Source: a bacterium
Lineage (GTDB): Bacteria; Sysuimicrobiota; Sysuimicrobiia; Sysuimicrobiales; Kaftiobacteriaceae
Assembly (NCBI GenBank): GCA_036505015.1
Contig: DASXUC010000053.1
Coordinates: 38,232-102,231 of the forward strand
DNA length: 64,000 nt
Direction: 5' to 3'
In this document: piece by piece, positions 54,044 to 63,900 of the stretch
How positions within the stretch are numbered: position 1 is the stretch's first letter
Layout: the number at the start of each line of letters is the position of its first letter
Made by a program: the position numbers and the translations under genes
The notes under the pieces: model-generated
What the model was told of the DNA's origin: nothing
Databases searched by the model: none
Seen by the model: the letters and a program-made list of their open reading frames with translations, nothing else

Positions 54044-57000
54044 ATGCACATGAGACGCGCCGGGGTCGTTGGGGTCGTGCTGCTGGCGTTGATCATCGCG
54101 GCCTGCGGCGGGCCGCAGGGAGCGCGGCGTCCCCGCGTCACCCCGGGACCTGAATCCACCCCGGCCCCTGCGCCGTCGCCGCCCCCGGCGCCCGCCCCGG
54201 CGCCGGCTCCACCACCGCCGCCGACTCCGGCGCCGACTCCCGCTCCGGCACCACCGCCGCCGACTCCGGCGCCGACGCCCGCTCCGGCACCGGCGCCCAC
54301 GCCCGCGCCGACCCCACCTGCGCCCCCCTCGCCGTCGTTTGAGGCCGTCCTGGCCGCCGGGGTGAGCGCGCAGCACGAGCCGGTTTCGCCGACGACCGAA
54401 TTCGTGGAGAACGCGGAGAAGATCTACCTTGCGGTGACATCGCATGCATCGTCGTCGATCCTCGTGTCGTCGACGTGGATCGCTGTGGATGCCGAAGGGT
54501 ACGATCCGAACCAGCAGATCGGCGAGTTCAACCTCAGTCTGGATCCGAACCAGCGCGGCTCGATGTGGATCGGCGCGCCGCGCGGGGGATTCGCCCCAGG
54601 CGACTACCGCGTCGAGCTGAAGGTGTCCGGCGGCGGGTCGCGGCGCTCCCTGGACTTCAAGATCACGCCGCTGCTGCCCCCCGCCGCCCTGCTCACTCCT
54701 GCTGATGCCCCCCGCGGCTTCAACATCGCGCAGTCGGCCCTGGGCGGAAAGGTCGTCAGTGCGACCTCGGAGTACAACGACCGGGATTGGGCGGCCGCGA
54801 ACCTCGTCGACGGCGGCCCCGACGGATGGTCCACGAAGGATCAGACCGTCCCGCAAGAGGTCGTGTTGTCGTTTTTCGGCGGGCGGACGGCGCAGATCGG
54901 CGCCATCGTCATCGACACCGCCACGAAAGAGACGTTGAACACGCCGGACCGGATGCCCAAACTTGTCGAGGTGTGGGTCTCGACCACCAGCGCGACCGAC
55001 GGCTTCACGAGGGTTGCCGGCGCGCGCCTGGCGCGGCGGGCGGTGGAACAACTCATCACGCTGCAGCCGGTCGCCGCGAAGTTCGTGAAAATCCGGTTCC
55101 TCTCCAACCACGGCGGCAGCTACACGCAGGCCGGAGAGATCAAGATCTTTGAAGTGCCCACGGCGAGCTCGATCCTCGCGGACATCCCCAAGAACCTCGC
55201 GCTCCCCGGCCTGGGAGGGTCGGTCGTTCGGTTCACCTCGCAGTCCGGCAGCGGGCACGGCGCCATCCAGCTGGTGGACAACGTCGTGGAGTCGGCCGGG
55301 TGGCGGTCCGCCGACGACTATCTCCCGCAGGACCTGGTGTTTGCGTTCCGCGGCGACCAGACCGCGCTGATCGACCGGATCGTGCTGAACCCCAAGACCA
55401 ACGAGGACCCTTCGACGTGGGTGAAGACGTTCACCGTCGCGGTGTCCGCCGAGACGCCGCTGGATGGGTTCGTGGAGGTTGGGCAGTTCACGCTCACCCA
55501 GGACCCGAAGGATCAGGCGTTTCAGATCAGGCGGCGGGCCCGCTTCGTGAAGGTGCGCATCCTCAAGAACTACGGGGGCCGCTCCACAAGCCTCGGCGAG
55601 GTGAAGATCATCGAGGGGTCGGCCCCGGGCTATGAATCGATCCTGATTTCGCCGATCGCCGCGGCCGCGTCGGCGGCGGCGGGCGTGCAGCCGGTCGACG
55701 AGACCGGCATCGCCGTCGAGAAGGAATCCAACAACACGCCGGCGGACGCCAATCCGCTGGCGTGGGGTCGGCGCACCAAAGGGACGATCGATCCGCTCGG
55801 CGAGTTCGACTACTTCAAGCTCACGCTGCCGCCGCCGGCGCCCGTGCTGACCCTTGAACTGCTCGGTCGGCCGTACATTCGCACCTCGCTCGCCCTGCTC
55901 GATGGATCGGGCACACCGGTGAAGCGGTTCGATCCCGGCGCCGTCCCCTCCGACCATGCCGCATGGACGTGGGCGATGGCCCCCGGCGACTACACCGTCC
56001 AGGTGACCGAGCCGCCGATTTCGATCGTGCTGATCTGGGACACCTCCGGCAGCATGTCCGGCAGCTATAAGGACCTGGAGGTCGCCGTCCAGGGATACCT
56101 CGACCAGGTGGGATCCAGCGAGCGGCTGGCGCTGATCCGGTTCAGCGACAAGGTCGAGGTGCTGCAGGGAGAGTTTACCAGCGACCACGACCGCCTCAAG
56201 GCGGCGGCGCAGGGCAAGTTCTTTGCCAAGGGCGGCACCCCATTCTACGACGCGATCGCGAAAGGCATCGACCTGCTCAGCGGGGTGACGGGCAACCGCG
56301 CCATCATCGTGATGACCGACGGCGAGGACACCGCGAGCAAACTGCATTACCCGGAGTTCTGGCGCCTGCTGGAGGAACGCCGCATCCGGCTGTACACGAT
56401 CGGGCTGGGCGATGAACTGCAGCGGTTCACCAACGAGATCGCCAGCACTCCGGCCCAGATGATGGCGCACATCGCGATGGCGACGAACGGCCGGTCCTTC
56501 TTTGCCCGCACCAGCGAGGACCTCAAAGGTCTCTACCAGCAGATTGCAACGGAGCTGCGCACGGTCTCGACCTACTATCTCAAGCCGTCGCTAAGCAGCG
56601 GCCCGGGGGCCTTGAGCGTAGTGGCCACCGGCGAGCGCATCGCCGCCGTGTCGGCGCCCAGCCAGATCGAGTTGATTCTCGACGCGTCGGGCTCCATGAA
56701 GCTGCGGGTGGAGGGTCGGCCGAAGATCGATATCGCCAAAGAGGTCATGGCCCAGATCATCAAGGGTCTGCCCAACGACGCGCAGGTCGCGCTGCGCATC
56801 TACGGCCACCGCATCCGCGAGGGCCGGAGCGGCGACTGCCAGGATTCGCAGCTCGTCTTCCCGTTCGGCAAGATCGACAAGCCGCGGATGCTGGCGAGGG
56901 TCCGGGAGGTCAACGCGCTGGGGACGACGCCGATTGCCTACTCACTGAAGCAGGTGGCGCGCGATTTCGGCCGGGCGCGCGGCGAGAAGATGGTCATCCT

Positions 57001-57439
57001 GGTGACCGACGGCAAAGAGGAGTGCGGCGGCAGTCCCAGCGCGGTGGTGTCCGAGCTCGTCGCGCGCGGGATCAAGATTAAGCTCAACATCGTGGGCTTC
57101 GCCCTCGCCGATGTGGCCACCAAGCAGGAAATGGAGCGGGTGGCCCGACTGACCGGCGGCCGGTTCTTCGACGCCAGCAACGCCAAGACCCTGACGCAGG
57201 CGATCGAGCAGGCCCTTGCCGTGCCCTACGACGTGGTGGATGCGGCCGGGACGAAGGTCGCCGGCGGCGTGACCGGGCAAGGGGGCGTGAAGGTCCCCGA
57301 GGGCATCTACACCATCATCGTGCGCGCGGCGGGCAAGCCGATCGAAATTCCCAACGTGCGCATCGCCGCCAGCCGTTTCACCAAGGTCGTGCTGAAGAAG
57401 GAAGGGCAGGAGATCGGCATTCAGGTTCAGGGCCCATGA
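54044..57439 (+). CDS. Large lipoprotein: Pro-rich linker, beta-sandwich, 2 x discoidin (F5/8 type C)-like, PPC-like, 2 x vWA, C-terminal beta-sandwich
   Basis: ATG 54044 with lipobox LIIAAC. Discoidin-like segments end in KFVKIRFLSNHGGSYTQAGEIKIFE and RFVKVRILKNYGGRSTSLGEVKIIE. PPC-like NNTPADANPL...GEFDYFKL. MIDAS motifs IWDTSGSMSG...TPFYDAI...MTDGEDT and LDASGSM...TTPIAYSL...VTDGKEECGG. Confidence 0.75.
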   Translation: MHMRRAGVVGVVLLALIIAACGGPQGARRPRVTPGPESTPAPAPSPPPAPAPAPAPPPPPTPAPTPAPAPPPPTPAPTPAPAPAPTPAPTPPAPPSPSFEAVLAAGVSAQHEPVSPTTEFVENAEKIYLAVTSHASSSILVSSTWIAVDAEGYDPNQQIGEFNLSLDPNQRGSMWIGAPRGGFAPGDYRVELKVSGGGSRRSLDFKITPLLPPAALLTPADAPRGFNIAQSALGGKVVSATSEYNDRDWAAANLVDGGPDGWSTKDQTVPQEVVLSFFGGRTAQIGAIVIDTATKETLNTPDRMPKLVEVWVSTTSATDGFTRVAGARLARRAVEQLITLQPVAAKFVKIRFLSNHGGSYTQAGEIKIFEVPTASSILADIPKNLALPGLGGSVVRFTSQSGSGHGAIQLVDNVVESAGWRSADDYLPQDLVFAFRGDQTALIDRIVLNPKTNEDPSTWVKTFTVAVSAETPLDGFVEVGQFTLTQDPKDQAFQIRRRARFVKVRILKNYGGRSTSLGEVKIIEGSAPGYESILISPIAAAASAAAGVQPVDETGIAVEKESNNTPADANPLAWGRRTKGTIDPLGEFDYFKLTLPPPAPVLTLELLGRPYIRTSLALLDGSGTPVKRFDPGAVPSDHAAWTWAMAPGDYTVQVTEPPISIVLIWDTSGSMSGSYKDLEVAVQGYLDQVGSSERLALIRFSDKVEVLQGEFTSDHDRLKAAAQGKFFAKGGTPFYDAIAKGIDLLSGVTGNRAIIVMTDGEDTASKLHYPEFWRLLEERRIRLYTIGLGDELQRFTNEIASTPAQMMAHIAMATNGRSFFARTSEDLKGLYQQIATELRTVSTYYLKPSLSSGPGALSVVATGERIAAVSAPSQIELILDASGSMKLRVEGRPKIDIAKEVMAQIIKGLPNDAQVALRIYGHRIREGRSGDCQDSQLVFPFGKIDKPRMLARVREVNALGTTPIAYSLKQVARDFGRARGEKMVILVTDGKEECGGSPSAVVSELVARGIKIKLNIVGFALADVATKQEMERVARLTGGRFFDASNAKTLTQAIEQALAVPYDVVDAAGTKVAGGVTGQGGVKVPEGIYTIIVRAAGKPIEIPNVRIAASRFTKVVLKKEGQEIGIQVQGP
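54212..54289 (+). repeat. 39-bp tandem duplication (1 mismatch) inside the Pro-rich linker
   Basis: 54212-54250 and 54251-54289 both encode PPPPTPAPTPAPA. They differ at a single position, T at 54238 versus G at 54277. Confidence 0.9.
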
Positions 57440-59580
57440 TCGCGCGGCGCCGCATCACGATTGCCGCCGCGCTGGTCGTCGCCGCGGCGCTCGTTCTGGT
57501 GGGCTGTGCGTCGCCCCAGGCCGGCGCCCCCGGCCCACCCCCGGCTGGTGCCCCGCTCGGCGCCCGCGGTCCGGGCATGAAGCCGATGAACCTGGCCGAC
57601 CTGCCGCTCCCGGTCCCGCGGACATTTGAACTGACCCACGTCACGCCGGCCGCCTTCGCGCAGGCCCTGGGCAAAGACGTTACCCGCATCTTTGAGTTTG
57701 TGCGAGACAACATTGCTTTTGAGGCGTACTCCGGAGTCCTCCGCGGGCCGCGGGGGACGCTGCTGGCGATGGCCGGCAACTCCGCCGACCGCGCGACCCT
57801 GCTGGCCGCCCTGTTGACCGAGTCGGGCTATCAGGTCCGTTTCGCGAAGGGGACCCTTTCGCGGCGCGATGCCCAAGAACTGGTGAGTTCGATCTGGGCT
57901 CCCCTGCCGAGGCTGCCCGGCCAGAACAAAACAGCCACCGACGTAGCGAAGACGGCCGTTCAGGCATTTGTGAGATCGGGGAAACGCGAGTTCGGCAGGA
58001 TCCAAGACGCGCTCAAGCAGGCAACACCTGATGCGACCCAGGTCGGCCCAGCGTTCGACACCCTGGTAGCAGAAACCCTGACGCACTACTGGGTGCAGGT
58101 TGCAAAGGACGGCGGCTGGATCGATCTGGACCCGTCGTTCGCCGATTCGGCGGTGGGCGGCGCTCACGCGACAGCCGACGAGACGATGGAGACGTTGCCG
58201 GCAAACCTTTATCATCGCGTCACGCTCAGGGTGGTCGCGGACGTATCGGACGGCACGAGCGCTCGAACTGAGGAACTGGTCACATATTCTGCCAACGCAG
58301 CAGATCTCTCCGGCGTCGACATCGTCCTGGTGCACGTTCCGGAAAACTGGACCGGCCCGGTGCGGAATATTCAAGGGGCTCTGTCTTCGGCGATGTCGGA
58401 CACCGGCCGCTTCAAGCCCGTGCTGCTCCGCGCCGGTGCTGCCCCGATCATTGGCGCGCCGTTGACGATGGAAGTGCAGACGTCCGGCGCTCCGGGGGTC
58501 ATCAACATCCTGAAGGGTCAGGGGACGCGACATGCCGCGGAGATTGCTGTCGCAGAACGGATTGAATTCACCTTCGATTCTCCCGATCGGCGCCGCGACG
58601 GCGCGGTCCGGGACGTGTTCGACTCGTTGGGCGCAGCACGCCGCGCCGCGGGTCGCGCACTCACGCCGGAGGAGGTCAGCGCGCTCGCCACGACTTCGCG
58701 GCGTGATCTGGTGACGCCCAGGTTCCTCAGTATCTTCATCACCACGGGCCGCCTCGACGCGGCGCATCTCGTTGGTGCCTCGGCAGCATCGAGTCCGGCT
58801 CAGGGGGCTCGGCCGGGAGCCTCGCCGATGCCTCTGCGGCGATTGGCGGTCACCTATCAAGTCATGTCCGACATGCTGCTGGCCCGGCTGGGCTCGCCCG
58901 ACAAGGCGATCGTGAGCTTCTACCCGGTCTCACCACGGGTGTTCATCGCAGAGTTTTCCGCTCAGGGCAAGCGGTTCCGGTTGGCAGTGGATCTGCGGCG
59001 TGACCGCGCCCGAGCCGTGGCAAGAAGTGCAGATGCCCAATTCGTCTTCAGGGCAAACGTCATGCGAGGCGTTGTCGATGGGACGCTGGAGCGCATGGTG
59101 ATTGACTATGTCGCGGCTCAAATCCCGGGAACCGTTGATCTCAAGACCGGCCTCAATACGAGTCAGCTGTTCCAAATCGCTGACGATCAGCGAGTGTCTG
59201 ACGTTCTCGTCACCAGCGATCAGGCGCGGCTGGATCCCGCGGTCTCGCAGGATGCGGTCTCGAGGCTGCTCGATGACATCCGCAATGGCAACTACGCGGT
59301 CGCGCCGCAGCGGCCGGTCCGCGTGAACGACGAGTCTCGCTACGCCTGGTGGAGCGTCAACCCGCACAGTGGAGAAACGATTGCGGTCGCCGATGACGGG
59401 TTACATCAGGCCGGCACGGAGTACGTCGTCGATAACGGTGATGGGACCTTTGATGTGTGGGTGGAAGCCGAGTCAGGCCAGGGCGCTTTTCCGGTGGCTG
59501 AGGGCATTGGGATCGATGCGCTGGCCGATCTTGTGTTTGAGGCGCTGCTGGAAGGGATCGAAGTTCTCGGTCCACTGTGA
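57436..59580 (+). CDS. Lipoprotein with transglutaminase-like core in which the nucleophile Cys is Ser, paralog 1
   Basis: The start overlaps the upstream stop (ATGA). Lipobox [34 protein letters not shown] ... THYWVQVAKDGGWIDLDPSF matches the G-x-C...H-x-W...D-P layout of Transglut_core, with Ser116 at the Cys position. Confidence 0.6.
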   Translation: MIARRRITIAAALVVAAALVLVGCASPQAGAPGPPPAGAPLGARGPGMKPMNLADLPLPVPRTFELTHVTPAAFAQALGKDVTRIFEFVRDNIAFEAYSGVLRGPRGTLLAMAGNSADRATLLAALLTESGYQVRFAKGTLSRRDAQELVSSIWAPLPRLPGQNKTATDVAKTAVQAFVRSGKREFGRIQDALKQATPDATQVGPAFDTLVAETLTHYWVQVAKDGGWIDLDPSFADSAVGGAHATADETMETLPANLYHRVTLRVVADVSDGTSARTEELVTYSANAADLSGVDIVLVHVPENWTGPVRNIQGALSSAMSDTGRFKPVLLRAGAAPIIGAPLTMEVQTSGAPGVINILKGQGTRHAAEIAVAERIEFTFDSPDRRRDGAVRDVFDSLGAARRAAGRALTPEEVSALATTSRRDLVTPRFLSIFITTGRLDAAHLVGASAASSPAQGARPGASPMPLRRLAVTYQVMSDMLLARLGSPDKAIVSFYPVSPRVFIAEFSAQGKRFRLAVDLRRDRARAVARSADAQFVFRANVMRGVVDGTLERMVIDYVAAQIPGTVDLKTGLNTSQLFQIADDQRVSDVLVTSDQARLDPAVSQDAVSRLLDDIRNGNYAVAPQRPVRVNDESRYAWWSVNPHSGETIAVADDGLHQAGTEYVVDNGDGTFDVWVEAESGQGAFPVAEGIGIDALADLVFEALLEGIEVLGPL

Positions 59581-59639
59581 AGGATCGCGCTAAACGCGCG
59601 CCACGGTCCGTACCAAAACTGGGGGGTGGAGGTGCAAAG

Positions 59640-59912
59640 ATGGGCTGGCTGGACAAGGTGAAGGAAGGCATGGAGAAGGCAGCGGGGCAGGCGGAAGAGA
59701 TGGCGGCTGTAGGCAAGCTGCGCGTGGAAATCCGCAGCTTGACCGGCAAGATGGAGGACGCGTTCAAGGCCATCGGGGCGAAAGTCTACGACCTACATGA
59801 AGCCGGAACGGCGTTTCCCGCGGAGGTCGACGCGCTGGTCCAGGCGGCCGACCAGTTCGCGGATCAGATCAAAGCGAAGGAAGCCGAAATCGAGGAGTTG
59901 CGGAAAACGTAG
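59640..59912 (+). CDS. 90-aa coiled-coil protein
   Basis: ATG 59640 preceded by GGTGGAGG. MGWLDKVKEGMEKAAGQAEEMAAVGKLRVEIRSL...KAKEAEIEELRKT. The stop abuts the next ATG. Confidence 0.6.
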   Translation: MGWLDKVKEGMEKAAGQAEEMAAVGKLRVEIRSLTGKMEDAFKAIGAKVYDLHEAGTAFPAEVDALVQAADQFADQIKAKEAEIEELRKT

Positions 59913-62051
59913 ATGCGACCGCGCTCCATCCTCGCTGCCGCGTCAGCCGCTGTGGTGCTCACCCTCGCCCTGAGCGCCTGCCAGGGTGGACCGCGGCGTG
60001 GCGGGCAGGTCGCCCCAGCGAGCGCCCAGGGCCCGGGTCTGCATCAACTCACGATTTCTGCGTTACCCCTGTCCGTGCCGCGCCGGCTGGATCTGTCGCA
60101 TGTCGATCCCGCGCGGTTTGCGGAGGCCCTCAAGCATGACCCAAGCCGGATTTTCGAGTTCGTCCGCGACGAGGTCGCGTTTGAAGCCTACTCGGGGGTG
60201 CTCCGCGGCCCGCGGGGAACGCTGCTGGCGATGGCGGGCAATTCGGCCGATCGGGCATTGTTGCTGGCGGCGATGCTCACGGCGTCGGGGCAGCAGGTCC
60301 GGTTCGCCCGTGGGACTTTGCCGGAGGGACTCGCGCGCCAACTCGTGACCTCTATGTGGACGGAGCGCGCCGGTACACCGAAGCAGCAACCCGAAGATTA
60401 TCCGCAGTGGGCCCGCGACGCCCTCGAGAAGATCAAAGATTCCGTGACAGCGGATTACGCGCTCGTCCATGATCAGCTCGCCAGGCAGCGCCGCGCTGGA
60501 GGATCTGCCGGGCCTACGCTCGACCAACTGGTGCAAGAGGTGCGGACGCATTACTGGGTGCAGCGGTCAGGTCCTCAGGGGTGGGAAGACCTGGATCCGT
60601 CGTTCGCTGATGCGGTCCCCGCCCGCGCGTACGCCCAGATCGATGAAACTCTGGCGGCCATTCCGGCATCGCAGTTCCACACGGTTACCTTCGAAGTCAT
60701 CGTGGAGGAGCATGACGGGAGCGCCGCCTCGCGCCGCACGGTGTTGACTTTCTCGGCGGCGTCAGCCGACCTGGCGGGTCGGGACGCGGCGCTGGCCCAT
60801 GTCCCCGAACAGTGGGGCGGTCCCAGCATCGCGGGAGCGATCCGGTCGGCCGTGACCGACACGGGCCGCGTGAAGCCCGTCATCCTCATCGGCGCCGACG
60901 CGCACCAGGGAGATCCGTTCCTGCCGAAGGTGAAGACGACCGGCCTGGGTGGTATCCCAGGACTCCTCCGCGGCTCCGGAACCCGCCACTCCGAGACGGT
61001 GGTGCTTGCCGAGTGGCTGCAGCTGGCGTTTGCCGATCCTGCGGGCGGACGCATCCAGGTGAGCCGTGAAGTTTACGACCTCCTCGGCCCAGCCCGCCGC
61101 GCCGCAGGAGGCGCCGTGACCGCAGACGACGTTCAAAGATTGACCGCGGATTTCGACGTCTCCCAGCTCACGCGCACGCTGTTGAGTGTGTTCATTGTCC
61201 CAGGCCATGTCCTCGCGGAGCATCTCGCGGACGCCTCCCCCGTGCCGTGGAACCAAGGTGATGCCATCGATCTGCGGTCGATGTTGCTGGAAGTGAACGT
61301 GGCATTCGTGGCCGCCGCCGACGGCATGGCTGATCGGATGACCGCGGCCAACGGGGCGCCCGTGCGTTCCTACCCCGCATCGCCGCGGGTGGTCATCGCA
61401 ACATTCGCAGAAACCGGCGGCCACCCGCGCATCACGCTAGATCTCCGCAGAACCACCGCCAGGACCGTCTCGTCTGATGCATCCGCGGACGTCGTTTCGG
61501 TCCAGGCGCTGCGCGGCGTCCTCGAAGGCGCGTTTGAGTGGACGGTGATGGACCACCTCACCTCACGGGCCCGGGAGCGCGTCGGCGGGGGCGACATCAT
61601 CAGTACCTCCTCGATCTTCGCACGCATGCGCGCGGAACGGATTTCCCCCGTGCTCCTGCCGGGAGGCGGCCTGACCGATGTCCAAGACGATGCCGCGGCC
61701 CGGATCAGGAGCGACAGCCAGGGCGGCTATCTCGCACTCGCCCCGGCGCGGAGCGTGATGATCAACGGACGCCCGCGCCTGGCATGGTGGCGGATCGATC
61801 CGACGTCCGGCGAAACGGTGGGGGTCACCGACGAAGGTCTGTATGAAGCGGCCACCGAGAGCGAGTTGACGATCGAGTATAGTGAAGGCAACACCCAGGT
61901 TTCCGTGCAGCTCGTGCGGCCCGTCGCCGGCACTGCGGGTACGACCACCTATTCATTTAGCGGCGGCGTGATGGAACTGGCGACGGATATTCGCGTGCTG
62001 ACGGCCCTTGGGTACGCGTCCGATTGGATCATTCGCACGATCCATCGATGA
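59913..62051 (+). CDS. Lipoprotein with transglutaminase-like core (Cys to Ser), paralog 2
   Basis: Lipobox [34 protein letters not shown] ... [20 protein letters not shown]. Colinear similarity to paralog 1 along the whole length. Confidence 0.6.
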   Translation: MRPRSILAAASAAVVLTLALSACQGGPRRGGQVAPASAQGPGLHQLTISALPLSVPRRLDLSHVDPARFAEALKHDPSRIFEFVRDEVAFEAYSGVLRGPRGTLLAMAGNSADRALLLAAMLTASGQQVRFARGTLPEGLARQLVTSMWTERAGTPKQQPEDYPQWARDALEKIKDSVTADYALVHDQLARQRRAGGSAGPTLDQLVQEVRTHYWVQRSGPQGWEDLDPSFADAVPARAYAQIDETLAAIPASQFHTVTFEVIVEEHDGSAASRRTVLTFSAASADLAGRDAALAHVPEQWGGPSIAGAIRSAVTDTGRVKPVILIGADAHQGDPFLPKVKTTGLGGIPGLLRGSGTRHSETVVLAEWLQLAFADPAGGRIQVSREVYDLLGPARRAAGGAVTADDVQRLTADFDVSQLTRTLLSVFIVPGHVLAEHLADASPVPWNQGDAIDLRSMLLEVNVAFVAAADGMADRMTAANGAPVRSYPASPRVVIATFAETGGHPRITLDLRRTTARTVSSDASADVVSVQALRGVLEGAFEWTVMDHLTSRARERVGGGDIISTSSIFARMRAERISPVLLPGGGLTDVQDDAAARIRSDSQGGYLALAPARSVMINGRPRLAWWRIDPTSGETVGVTDEGLYEAATESELTIEYSEGNTQVSVQLVRPVAGTAGTTTYSFSGGVMELATDIRVLTALGYASDWIIRTIHR

Positions 62052-62165
62052 TAGTCAATGGCGACCACCGTACGGGTTCTATTCGGGTCGTCTTGGTAGG
62101 GTTCCAGACCGGGACGCGCCCATCCGGGCCGCGAGCCCGAGAACGTCGCGAAAGGGGGTGAATCA

Positions 62166-62696
62166 GTGAATCGACTGAGGCACGTACATGTGATCGTAGC
62201 CGTCGTGGCGACACTCTTGGTCGGACTGCCCGGACTTGCCCGAGCGCAGACCATCGAGCAGCGGCTCGCCACGATCAAAGCCGGGCTCGAACGTGAAGGG
62301 TTGAAGGTCCTCGAGGTGCGGTACACGCCCGTGGACCGCAACGGACCGGCGTACTGGTTCGGGGTCACCGCCACCACGTACAGCCAGCCGAACTGGCCGG
62401 CCGTGGCCAAGCAGGCGCTGGTGACCTGGCTGGTCATGAACGAGTCCACCGCATCCGATCCGCCGGAATCCATGCTGATGTCGGCGCAGGTCTGGACCAA
62501 GTACATGATCCAGATCGGGCAGCAGAACAAGCTCGTGTCGGAGTTCGCTGCCGCGTTGAAGGCGGCGCGGACGGACGCTGAGAAGAATGCCGCCGTGAAC
62601 AAAGTGCTGGGAAGGTTTCTTGTGCGGGTCTTCGATCTGGAGCGGAATCAGTTCGTCGACGCGAAGGACTTTGTGAACAAGAATTTCATGGACTAA
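62166..62696 (+). CDS. Secreted protein, unknown function
   Basis: GTG start after AAAGGGGGTG and signal peptide VVATLLVGLPGLARAQ. No motif recognised. Confidence 0.5.
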   Translation: MNRLRHVHVIVAVVATLLVGLPGLARAQTIEQRLATIKAGLEREGLKVLEVRYTPVDRNGPAYWFGVTATTYSQPNWPAVAKQALVTWLVMNESTASDPPESMLMSAQVWTKYMIQIGQQNKLVSEFAAALKAARTDAEKNAAVNKVLGRFLVRVFDLERNQFVDAKDFVNKNFMD

Positions 62697-62710
62697 AAGG
62701 GGGGACTGAG

Positions 62711-63004
62711 ATGACCTGGTTGTGGATCACGATAGCGCAGCAACTGCCGCCGTTTGCGATTCCATCGGGGGGCACGGATTACGGGCGCATCTTGCTGAAT
62801 GCCGTCTTCCTCTTGTTCTGGGTCGTGGTCGCCGGGATCGCGTTTGCGATCATGGCCCCGATCGCGATGCGGGTCTTCAACCGCGTCACGCCGGGGATCG
62901 ACGAGATGGAGGAATTGAAGAAGGGGAACATGGCGGTCGCGCTGGTCCAGGCGGCGACCATCCTGGCCATGGCGGTGCTGGTCCTCGCGGTGGTCTTGAA
63001 GTAG
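62711..63004 (+). CDS. DUF350-like small membrane protein
   Basis: Two or three TM helices with the loop TPGIDEMEELKKGNMAVALVQAATILAMAV, typical of DUF350. Confidence 0.6.
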   Translation: MTWLWITIAQQLPPFAIPSGGTDYGRILLNAVFLLFWVVVAGIAFAIMAPIAMRVFNRVTPGIDEMEELKKGNMAVALVQAATILAMAVLVLAVVLK

Positions 63005-63029
63005 GCGCCGCGATTCCGGGAGGACGGTC

Positions 63030-63881
63030 ATGGAAATCACCGTCAGCGAGCAGAAGGTCTTCATGGTCCACCCCCGCGTCACCGATGAAGCGGCGCGGGA
63101 GCGGGCGGTGGAGCAGAAAGGCGCGGCGTTTGGCTCCGTGGCGCGGCTGCTGCTGCGTCCCAGGGGCGAGGAGATCAAGATCGTCTCCATCGGCAAACGA
63201 TTCGACCCGATCTGGCATGTCATCGCGCACAAGCACGTCGTCTTTGACCGGGGGCGTGAGTACCGGGTCCCGGTGGCCGATGGGACCGTGCAGGGCGTGA
63301 CCGTGAAGGGGGACGACTACCAGGTGGCGGCGGGCCCGCCGCGGCACTTCATCATCCGCGGCGTGGAACACTGCATCGACGACGCCCGGCTGGAGAAGCT
63401 CGTCGACGCCGTGGGCGGCGCCGACATCGAGGCGAAGGCCGTGCTCGCCGCGCCGCGCGAGGAAATCGTGGAACTGGCGGACTTCGCGCCCCCCGATGCC
63501 ATTGTGGTGCCCCCCGACGTGCGGGCGTCGATGCTGGTCCAGACCCTGGTGCAGCAACTGGTGAAGCCGTACGAGGCGGACCAACTCTTCGAAGAGATGA
63601 TCGAAATCGAGCAGCTGCATCTCATCTACCATCCGGTCTACGCCATCGAGTACACGTGGGAAGCCAAAGGGAAGAAGGCGATGCTGGAACTCGACGCGGT
63701 GGGCGGCGAGGTGACGACCGGCAGCCGGGCCTTCCAGCAGCAGATGCGCCGCATCTTCAACCGGGAGGTGTTGTTCGATCTCGGCGCGGAATCGGTGAAC
63801 CTGATCGTCCCGGGCGGCGCCATCGCGCTGAAGATCGGCAAGGCCGTCGTGGACCATCAGCGGCGGCAGAAGGGCGGATGA
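63030..63881 (+). CDS. Hypothetical 283-aa protein
   Basis: RBS GGGAGGA, soluble, no recognised motif. Sits between the DUF350 and PrsW genes. Confidence 0.5.
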   Translation: MEITVSEQKVFMVHPRVTDEAARERAVEQKGAAFGSVARLLLRPRGEEIKIVSIGKRFDPIWHVIAHKHVVFDRGREYRVPVADGTVQGVTVKGDDYQVAAGPPRHFIIRGVEHCIDDARLEKLVDAVGGADIEAKAVLAAPREEIVELADFAPPDAIVVPPDVRASMLVQTLVQQLVKPYEADQLFEEMIEIEQLHLIYHPVYAIEYTWEAKGKKAMLELDAVGGEVTTGSRAFQQQMRRIFNREVLFDLGAESVNLIVPGGAIALKIGKAVVDHQRRQKGG

Positions 63882-63900
63882 CGAACGAGGAGGGCGGACG

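Noticed and set aside
53774-56470. 898-aa minus-strand ORF
   Set aside because: It is antisense to the vWA/discoidin lipoprotein gene. It contains long RRRG runs mirroring the Pro-rich linker, and no motif.
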